Below the pieces are notes generated by a model. The model did no database searches and was not told the DNA's origin. It was given only the letters and a program-made list of their open reading frames with translations. A stretch of 8,624 bases of DNA. It comes from Candidatus Pacearchaeota archaeon (lineage in GTDB: Archaea > Nanobdellota > Nanobdellia > Pacearchaeales > GW2011-AR1). Of the stretch, positions 1 through 5,423 are shown in pieces. A program made the translations under genes and the position numbers. The first letter of the stretch is position 1. The number at the start of each line of letters is the position of its first letter. Location: positions 1 through 8,624 of the forward strand of contig JAFCDK010000048.1 of the NCBI GenBank assembly GCA_017609745.1, in the 5' to 3' direction.

Positions 1-940
1 CAAATCTTATTCTATTTCTTTCTTGGATTGCTTTTTTGATTTCTTGAACAGGAGTTTGAGAATTTGCACAACTTTTTGAGGTTGAAGGCTTATTTTCTGT
101 TGTTCCACAATTGTTTAACTCATTACATGTTCGAATTTGTTGTTCATTTGTACAAGGTCCCCACCCTGTACAGTTCCAATCTTCTATACAAACACTAACA
201 GTGCAACTTTGACTTTCAGAAGGCTTATTTTCTGTTGTTCCACAAGAATTTGAATCTGTGCAAGATCTTGTCTGTTGATTGTTTATACAAGTAGACCAAT
301 CAGTACACTGCCAGTTTTCAGTACAAGTAGTATCACTAGTTGGGATTAAGTTTATAGAACTTCGTGAATAAAGAGCTTTTAATGTTGAGATACCAGTGTT
401 TATTGTATCATATCCTTCTTTGATTATTTCCCAACTATAAGTTCCTGTATTCAATCTTTGAACAGCAAATCCCTCTTCATCGGAAAGAGTGCTGGCCACT
501 TCAACTCCTTCGGATAAGAATTTCACTATTGCACCTTCAATAATCTGACCGGTAGTGGAATCTTTAATTGTTATAACATAAGTTCCTTCATTTGCCTCTT
601 GTAAATTAAATGTTAAAGTCTGGTCTGCTTCACCAATGATTACTGTTTTTACTTCCTGTTCAAAGTCTTTTTTGCCTGCTAAAGCTGTGTAAGTTCCAGG
701 ATTGAGTGTAAAAGTAGCTTTTCCTAAAGAATCAACGACTTCTGTACTAATTGTAGTTGTATGGCCTTTATGAAATTCTAATGGGCTATCAACTTGTCCA
801 GAGAGTATTATAATTGCAAGGGACGTAATAGGATTCTCATTCATATCATTAACCGTAACTTCAAGAGTAGATGCAGAAATTAAATTGGTAATTGAAATAA
901 GTATGACCATTACTAACATTAAAACAACTAATTTTTTCAT
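1..940 (-). CDS. Secreted cell-surface protein, 3' end truncated by the window edge: signal peptide, two carboxypeptidase-regulatory-like/PEGA-like beta-sandwich segments, two 45-aa Cys-rich modules
   Basis: Absent from the supplied ORF track because no stop lies in the window. My own translation from the ATG (complement of 938-940) stays open to base 2 (313 codons). It begins MKKLVVLMLVMVILISITNLISAS (Lys-Lys plus hydrophobic core, a Sec-type signal). Then come segments such as GTYVITIKDSTTGQIIEGAIVKFLSEGVEVASTLSDEEGFAVQRLNTGTYSWEIIKEGY, typical of CarboxypepD_reg/PEGA folds. Then come TCTENWQCTDWSTCINNQQTRSCTDSNSCGTTENKPSESQSC and VCIEDWNCTGWGPCTNEQQIRTCNELNNCGTTENKPSTSKSC. Confidence 0.8.
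   Translation of the reverse strand, partial: MKKLVVLMLVMVILISITNLISASTLEVTVNDMNENPITSLAIIILSGQVDSPLEFHKGHTTTISTEVVDSLGKATFTLNPGTYTALAGKKDFEQEVKTVIIGEADQTLTFNLQEANEGTYVITIKDSTTGQIIEGAIVKFLSEGVEVASTLSDEEGFAVQRLNTGTYSWEIIKEGYDTINTGISTLKALYSRSSINLIPTSDTTCTENWQCTDWSTCINNQQTRSCTDSNSCGTTENKPSESQSCTVSVCIEDWNCTGWGPCTNEQQIRTCNELNNCGTTENKPSTSKSCANSQTPVQEIKKAIQERNRIRF
56..325 (-). repeat. In-frame tandem coding repeat, 2 x 135 nt (45 codons), encoding the Cys-rich module, with a 27-nt perfectly identical core
   Basis: GAAGGCTTATTTTCTGTTGTTCCACAA occurs at 84-110 and again at 219-245, an offset of 135 nt or 45 codons. The first Cys codons of the two modules (complements of 188-190 and 323-325) show the same offset. 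The outer boundaries are approximate. Confidence 0.8.
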
Positions 941-1347
941 AAAATAAATATAGAACATGTATTTATAAATCTTATCAAATTCCCAAGCCCACTAGCAAAC
1001 TCACAACAAGTGCGATTGCTATTCCCACTATGACTTCTAAAAGCTTCTAAAAGTGTATGATTAAATTCTCCTCGAATTTCTCTTATATGTATTAAGTCGC
1101 TTATTACAATTATTGCAAAAAATAAGGATACAAAAAACAAGTTGCTAAATTCTTCAAGTAAATAAATACTAAAAACTACTGCAGATACAATAGCTGTATG
1201 TGTGCTGGGCATGCCTCCATATTGTCTGCAGAGGATTTTGAGAATATATTTTTTTCTTTTAACAACAGCAATAAGGAATTTAATAAATTGGGAAATAAGA
1301 AAAGAAAATACTACACTTAATACTATTGGGTTTGTTATGAAAGACAT
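937..1347 (-). CDS. Divergent PAP2 family (YuiD/DUF212-like) integral membrane protein with a frameshifted C-terminus (possible pseudogene or assembly error)
   Basis: GGMPSTHTAIVSAV matches the family signature GGMPSSHSA, and DLIHIREIRGE...NHTLLE parallels B. subtilis YuiD DATGVRRHAGE...GHQPIEV (recalled from memory). After HTLLE the listed frame gives non-hydrophobic residues (AFRSHSGNSNRTCCEF...). The alternative frame gives the expected last helix, VIVGIAIALVVSLLVGLGI, followed by a stop at 975-977. The start lies 6 nt after the eif2g stop. Confidence 0.8.
   Translation of the reverse strand: MSFITNPIVLSVVFSFLISQFIKFLIAVVKRKKYILKILCRQYGGMPSTHTAIVSAVVFSIYLLEEFSNLFFVSLFFAIIVISDLIHIREIRGEFNHTLLEAFRSHSGNSNRTCCEFASGLGNLIRFINTCSIFIL
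962..969 (-). promoter_or_regulatory. TATA-like box TTTATAAA 22-29 nt upstream of the surface-protein ATG (940)
   Basis: The palindromic TTTATAAA at 962-969 lies in the 34-nt stretch between the inferred native PAP2 stop (975-977) and the ATG at 940. AT-rich background makes chance matches common. Confidence 0.35.
1034..1053. repeat. Perfect 10-bp tandem duplication CTTCTAAAAG x2 (plus strand) inside the PAP2-like gene
   Basis: Read directly: 1034-1043 and 1044-1053 are identical and the flanking bases differ. Ten is not a multiple of three, so the duplication shifts the reading frame. Confidence 0.95.
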
Positions 1348-1353
1348 TTCAAA

Positions 1354-2565
1354 TTATAAAACTTCCCCCCACCCAATCAACCTCCAGTGATTGTTAATGT
1401 TTCTGGCAATTCCAATACAATCTCCTTTAAATGAAACAACAGGGATTTTAAGACTGAGTTCAATTTCTTTATTATCTTTGCTTATTTTTTTTATTGTTCC
1501 TACAGTTGTTGTTGTGTTTACTGAGAGCATTAACATTTCAGACATTTTTAATTGGTCTACTTTTTTAGTATTGTCAAGTCCTAAAACTTGTTTAAATAAA
1601 TTTGTTTTTAATTTAATATTCTCTGTTGTGTTGGGAAGCTTATTTGCTAAACCCGCGACTTGTCCTGATAAAGAATCTGCTTTTGCTAATGACATATCTA
1701 ATTGAGTTTCAATTGCTAGACTGCCTCCTGGACCTGCTTGTTCAACACTATATTTTCCTCTATGCATTGAAACTATTTTTGTTTTCAAAGTTTCATTAAT
1801 TTCTTGGTTTTGTTTTATTATTGTAATTCCCGGCTTTATTTCAATCTCATCTCCAATTTTGAGTTCTCCTTTTTTTAATGCTCCTCCTAAAACAGCCCCC
1901 TTAAGTTTGCTTGCATCTGTTCCAGGTTTGTTAATATCAAAACTTCTTGCAATTATGAAAATAGGCTCTGATTTTTCATTTTTTCTTGGAATTTTAAGTT
2001 CACAGAGAATTTCTAAAATTTTATTTATATTAATTCCTTGTTGTGCAGAAACAGGAATTATCTCTGATTTTTCTGCAATTGTGCCTTTAACAAATTCTTT
2101 TATTTCAGCATAATTTTTTTCAGTTTGTTCTTTTGAAACTAAATCTATTTTATTCTGAATAATTATGATATTTTTAACATCTTTAGATTCTAAAGCCATT
2201 AAATGTTCTTTTGTTTGAGGTTTTATGCCTTCATTAGCAGCTATAACTAAAATAGCCGCATCTATAATTGCTACTCCAGAAAGCATTGTTGCCATTAACA
2301 TTTCGTGTCCAGGAGCGTCAACAAATGTAACATAACATTCAGGTTTTCCTTCGCCTTTAATATTATATTCTTTTCCTTTTTTGTATATAACTGCATCTGC
2401 GTAACCTAACTTAATTGTAATTCCTCTTTTAAGTTCTTCAGAATGAATATCTGTCCATTGTCCAGTTAATTGCTGGAGCAAAGTAGTCTTGCCATGATCT
2501 ATATGCCCTACTATGCCAATATTCATTATAGGCAGTTTTGATATGTCTATATTAGGTTTAGCCAT
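1354..2565 (-). CDS. eif2g: Translation initiation factor aIF-2 gamma subunit
   Basis: GTPase motifs GHIDHGKT (G1), DAPGHE (G3) and QNKIDL (G4). There is near-collinear similarity to Pyrococcus aIF2-gamma as I recall it (HSEELKRGITIKLGYADA, PQTKEHLMAL, RSFDINKPGT, GGVLGG-like GAVLGGAL, C-terminal RWRLIGWG). 403 aa. Confidence 0.95.
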   Translation of the reverse strand: MAKPNIDISKLPIMNIGIVGHIDHGKTTLLQQLTGQWTDIHSEELKRGITIKLGYADAVIYKKGKEYNIKGEGKPECYVTFVDAPGHEMLMATMLSGVAIIDAAILVIAANEGIKPQTKEHLMALESKDVKNIIIIQNKIDLVSKEQTEKNYAEIKEFVKGTIAEKSEIIPVSAQQGININKILEILCELKIPRKNEKSEPIFIIARSFDINKPGTDASKLKGAVLGGALKKGELKIGDEIEIKPGITIIKQNQEINETLKTKIVSMHRGKYSVEQAGPGGSLAIETQLDMSLAKADSLSGQVAGLANKLPNTTENIKLKTNLFKQVLGLDNTKKVDQLKMSEMLMLSVNTTTTVGTIKKISKDNKEIELSLKIPVVSFKGDCIGIARNINNHWRLIGWGEVL

Positions 2566-2587
2566 AAATCCATTAGAAATAATAAGG

Positions 2588-2595
2588 TTTTAAAG
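2588..2595 (-). promoter_or_regulatory. TATA-like box (minus strand CTTTAAAA) 23-30 nt upstream of the eif2g ATG (2565)
   Basis: Lies in the 31-nt gap between the 174-aa ORF stop (2597-2599) and eif2g. It could be an internal promoter or a chance match in AT-rich sequence. Confidence 0.3.
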
Positions 2596-2596
2596 T

Positions 2597-3121
2597 TTAT
2601 TGTATAACTGGTAATGCCTGAAGTTTTTTTCTACTTAAATCATCTATAAGCAGAGATTTGTTTATTTTTCTATAAAACTCTGCAGAATCTGAAATATTAC
2701 TTCTTGAATCAAGAGCTTGTCTTATTATTTTTTTATATTCTTCTCCTGTGGTTTCAGCATATTCTAAAAAAGGATTAATTTTTGAATTTATTCCACCATA
2801 TATTATAGCATCTCTACTAAATCTTTCCCATGTTTTTACAAATTCTCGTCTTTTTTGAATTGAATAAGGGTTTCTCTGCACTTCGTCTTTAGCTAATCCG
2901 AGAATTTGTGAATTAAAAATTAATCTTGTTTGAAGATTTTTACCTCTGTCAATTTCTTCTTGTTGTCCTTTTGTTATTAATCCTTCTTCGACAGAATAAG
3001 GAAATGTTAATGTTCTATCAGAAGGAGGATTATTAATTGCATCTTTAATTCTTTTATTGATTGCTTGTTCAGCAAAAAACTTTCTCATTTTCTCTCTATT
3101 ATTTATATTGGCTTTTTTCAT
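2597..3121 (-). CDS. Hypothetical protein, 174 aa, with no family I recognise
   Basis: A long ORF that exactly fills the space between rps6e and eif2g. Its ATG (3119-3121) directly abuts the rps6e stop (3122-3124). The protein is Lys/Arg/Glu-rich and contains no Cys and no His. The only competing ORF is an antisense shadow. Confidence 0.65.
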   Translation of the reverse strand: MKKANINNREKMRKFFAEQAINKRIKDAINNPPSDRTLTFPYSVEEGLITKGQQEEIDRGKNLQTRLIFNSQILGLAKDEVQRNPYSIQKRREFVKTWERFSRDAIIYGGINSKINPFLEYAETTGEEYKKIIRQALDSRSNISDSAEFYRKINKSLLIDDLSRKKLQALPVIQ

Positions 3122-3673
3122 TTACTCTTCACTTTTTTCTTCTGGTTTAGTTTCCTCTTTTATTTTTTGTTTTTCTTCTGGTTTTAATTCTTGTAGTTTT
3201 TCAGTTGTAGTTTCTGCGGGCTTTTTAACTGAGGTTTCAGAACCTTTTTCCTTTTTTCCTTTAACTTGGTCAGGAAAAACTTCAGCCAATGTTTTTTCAC
3301 CTGCTTTAAGAACATTAAAATTAATTTGAACTGTGTCTCCTGAAATTGTATTTCCTCTAACAGATTTTTTCATTCTAAGACCTTTTGGTTTGTTTCTTCC
3401 TTTTTTCTTTTTTCCTTCTTTTTTTGGTTTTTTCTTAAATCCTTTGCTGTATGTGAGTAGAACTTTTCTTAATTCAGTACCTTCTTGGTTTGCAAGTGAT
3501 GGAAAACCTGCTTTATCACTTGCTCCAGTTAATTTTAGTTCATAATTTTTTAAGTCAGGAAGCAGGGTTTCGCCTTTAATATTTTCACCAATTTTCATTC
3601 CAATAAGGTTTTCACTGTCTAATTCAAAATAATATGTTTTTCCTTTTTCTGAGATATTAATTTTAAATACCAC
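3122..3673 (-). CDS. rps6e: 30S ribosomal protein S6e with a Lys-rich internal insertion and a roughly 48-aa K/E/T-rich C-terminal tail
   Basis: FKINISEKGKTYYFELD...LIGMKIGENIKGE...YELKLTGASDKAGFP...VRGNTISGDTVQINFNV follows the archaeal S6e pattern. The start codon is GTG (complement of 3671-3673). At 183 aa it is longer than the roughly 125-135 aa archaeal S6e I recall. Confidence 0.9.
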   Translation of the reverse strand: MVFKINISEKGKTYYFELDSENLIGMKIGENIKGETLLPDLKNYELKLTGASDKAGFPSLANQEGTELRKVLLTYSKGFKKKPKKEGKKKKGRNKPKGLRMKKSVRGNTISGDTVQINFNVLKAGEKTLAEVFPDQVKGKKEKGSETSVKKPAETTTEKLQELKPEEKQKIKEETKPEEKSEE

Positions 3674-3694
3674 GTTTATAATTTGAAGTTTTGG

Positions 3695-3702
3695 TTTTTA
3701 AA
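3695..3702 (-). promoter_or_regulatory. TATA-like box (minus strand TTTAAAAA) 22-29 nt upstream of the rps6e GTG start (3673)
   Basis: Position fits an archaeal TATA at about -26 if the mRNA is leaderless. Lies in the divergent 255-bp intergenic region. Confidence 0.35.
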
Positions 3703-3921
3703 TGTTTAGATTAATGTTCTCTGCTGAAATCCTGTAAAAATTGTTTTTGATTTTTGGAAATTCCCACTATCATCCTCTTTTCATTTGGAACCTCACCCTT
3801 AATTTATATTGTCTTGCTAGATAAATTAATCCAAAACTCAAAAAATTAGATGGTTTCACCAAAGCCAGATTAATGTTCTTTAATAAACTCTTTTCAAAAT
3901 ATATTTTTTAGAATAATAACA

Positions 3922-3927
3922 TTTAAA
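3922..3927 (+). promoter_or_regulatory. TATA-like TTTAAA 26-31 nt upstream of the internal ATG at 3953 of the PagL-like gene
   Basis: If used, the mRNA would be leaderless from ATG 3953 (MKMRPLKK...), which gives a more canonical signal peptide than the ATG at 3929. A second A/T box at about 3897-3909 could instead serve ATG 3929. Confidence 0.3.
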
Positions 3928-3928
3928 T

Positions 3929-4633
3929 ATGGGTTTTATTCTAAACTTTCTTATGAAAATGAGACCATTAAAAAAAACACTGGCCGGATTTTTTGCCCCT
4001 TTAGTAATGACAGCAGGACTTTCACTTAGTGCAGTTAATTCTGCTATAGCAGATGATAATAAATTAGAAACTCAATTACAGAGAAATGAACCCAAAAAAT
4101 GCAGATTAGTTGAAAAAGGAGTTTTAGTTTCTTATGGATATGGAAATGTGAATAATCAAAAAACAGATGGTCCATATGAAGTTAGCTCTGTTATGGGGAG
4201 ACTTGGGTGGGATATTAAACCTTTTGTCGAGGATAAATTACATTTACATCCAAAGGGAAAATTAACTGGATTAGTAGAGCCTTTTACAAGTGCTGTGACA
4301 AGCCCAGATAATAATTTTGAAGTAGGTCTTAATTTACTTGCCAAATATAATTTTAGAAATGAGAATAAAAAACCTGTTAGTTGGTTGGACAAAATTGACC
4401 CATATATTGAGGGGGGATTTGGAGCTATTTATGCTTCACAAGATTTTAAATATCAATCAACAAAAGGCAATTTTCTCGTGCAAGTTGGAGCAGGTTTAGA
4501 TTATAATTTAAATGATGATTTCTTGGTTTTTGTAGGAGTAAGAAGAAGGCATTTTTCAAATGCTAAAATACAACAACCAAATCGTGGAGTTGATATAAAC
4601 CAACTAATTGTTGGAGGAAGTTGGAAATTTTGA
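3929..4633 (+). CDS. PagL-like acyloxyacyl hydrolase / lipid A 3-O-deacylase family outer-membrane beta-barrel homologue with an N-terminal signal peptide
   Basis: The signal is MKMRPLKK plus a hydrophobic core plus AIA/DD. Eight amphipathic strand-like segments are present: GVLVSYGYG, VMGRLGWDI, LTGLVEPFTSAV, FEVGLNLLAKYNF, PYIEGGFGAIYAS, FLVQVGAGLDYNL, FLVFVGVRRRHFS and QLIVGGSWKF. The protein ends in Phe. RRRHFSNAKIQQPNRGVD aligns with P. aeruginosa PagL RAIHYSNAGLKQPNDGIE (recalled), which holds the catalytic His-x-Ser (here His208 at 4550-4552 and Ser210 at 4556-4558). The true start may be 3953. Confidence 0.75.
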   Translation: MGFILNFLMKMRPLKKTLAGFFAPLVMTAGLSLSAVNSAIADDNKLETQLQRNEPKKCRLVEKGVLVSYGYGNVNNQKTDGPYEVSSVMGRLGWDIKPFVEDKLHLHPKGKLTGLVEPFTSAVTSPDNNFEVGLNLLAKYNFRNENKKPVSWLDKIDPYIEGGFGAIYASQDFKYQSTKGNFLVQVGAGLDYNLNDDFLVFVGVRRRHFSNAKIQQPNRGVDINQLIVGGSWKF

Positions 4634-4674
4634 TGTTTTGATATTTAATCTATTATAATTTATTCTAATAATTC

Positions 4675-4682
4675 TTTTATAT
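4675..4682 (+). promoter_or_regulatory. TATA-like TTTTATAT 22-29 nt upstream of the ATG at 4704
   Basis: Lies in the 70-nt T-rich spacer after the PagL-like stop. The oligo-T runs here could also act as an archaeal termination signal. Confidence 0.3.
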
Positions 4683-4703
4683 TCTTTTTCTTATATCTTA
4701 TTT

Positions 4704-5411
4704 ATGAGAGAAAAAGCAGTGAAAAGTTTGGAAAATATTCTTAATGTTGTTACAGGAACAGCATATTCTGATATAAAAGAAGTTTGTCGAGAATTTGAAA
4801 TTTTTTCAGATAAAAAAAAATGCATAAGAAATATTGCTAAGCTTGGTTTTTCTGTAGGTATATCTATTCCACCTTATGTTTTGGTTCATGAGTTTATGCA
4901 TGCTGGTGCTGCTAAATTATTAGGTGCAGATAAAATAAAAATAAGTTTAGATAATTCTGTTGGTGGTGGCTTGCTCGAAAAATTTATGCCGGTCCAAGGA
5001 GAAAATCTGCTTTTTGAAGAAAAATGTTTTGGTTATTGTGATTGGCGGGGGCTAAACAAAGTAGAAGAAACACTTACATTATATGCTCCTTATTTATTAA
5101 CGCCTATTGGAATCTCTATAATGTATGCAGGAATAAGGAAGAAGAATATTTATTTGACTGGTGTTGGAATGTTAGTTGGTATAAAACCACTTTTAGACTT
5201 GGGGTTTAGAGCATCTTTTGATTTGAGCCAATTTGGAATGAATATTTATTATGGTTTGTCAAACTATTTTTTCTTTCCTGAAAATCCTGGAGAAGTTACA
5301 AGAATTGCTTGTATGCTTGGGACTATGGCAGGAACTTATTATGTTAGCAAGAAAATTGTGAAAGGAGTTGGAAGAGGTTTTGAGAGATTAAGAATTAAAA
5401 ATAAACAGTAG
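4704..5411 (+). CDS. HExxH-motif membrane protein, putative zincin-like metallopeptidase (DUF3267-like)
   Basis: HEFMH (4887-4901) lies at the end of a hydrophobic segment: ISIPPYVLVHEFMHAGAAKLLGADKIKISL. Later hydrophobic segments include LYAPYLLTPIGISIMYAG and YLTGVGMLVGIKPLL. This layout resembles the HELxHxxxxxxxG-plus-LAP arrangement I recall for DUF3267. There is no signal peptide. Confidence 0.55.
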   Translation: MREKAVKSLENILNVVTGTAYSDIKEVCREFEIFSDKKKCIRNIAKLGFSVGISIPPYVLVHEFMHAGAAKLLGADKIKISLDNSVGGGLLEKFMPVQGENLLFEEKCFGYCDWRGLNKVEETLTLYAPYLLTPIGISIMYAGIRKKNIYLTGVGMLVGIKPLLDLGFRASFDLSQFGMNIYYGLSNYFFFPENPGEVTRIACMLGTMAGTYYVSKKIVKGVGRGFERLRIKNKQ

Positions 5412-5423
5412 AATCAAGATTAC

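Noticed and set aside
129-136. GTTCGAAT, resembling a tRNA T-loop
   Set aside because: It lies inside the surface-protein coding frame. I could find no flanking acceptor, anticodon or D-arm complementarity.
84-245. Two identical 27-nt repeats 135 nt apart, superficially like CRISPR repeats
   Set aside because: There are only two copies. They sit in-frame inside a coding region, and the spacing equals exactly 45 codons of a duplicated protein module. No leader or cas genes are present.
1202-2113. Plus-strand ORFs 1202-1390, 1391-1705 and 1859-2113 from the six-frame track
   Set aside because: All lie antisense to the confidently assigned PAP2-like and aIF2-gamma genes. They encode Leu/Phe/Ser/Ile-rich low-complexity peptides typical of shadow frames in AT-rich DNA and have no recognisable motifs.
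3057-3545. Plus-strand ORFs 3057-3329 and 3333-3545
   Set aside because: They are antisense shadows of the 174-aa ORF and rps6e. Their Phe/Ser/Leu-rich sequence is the complement of the Lys/Glu-rich coding strand.
3674-3928. Possible tRNA or structured small RNA in the 255-bp spacer
   Set aside because: I found no cloverleaf-compatible pairing, no long stable hairpin and no conserved RNA motif by eye. Only the 13-nt direct repeat, reported separately, stands out. A small RNA cannot be excluded without expression data.
3674-3928. Chimeric assembly as a simple explanation for bacterial-type genes next to archaeal core genes
   Set aside because: This is not ruled out but seems less likely. Both sides look equally AT-rich with similar A/T-ending codon preference and the same TATA-to-start spacing. 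I saw no obvious composition break. It needs read-level verification, as stated in the findings.
4156-4392. Minus-strand ORF of 78 aa inside the PagL-like gene
   Set aside because: It is fully nested antisense to a gene with strong family motifs and has no motif or promoter context of its own.
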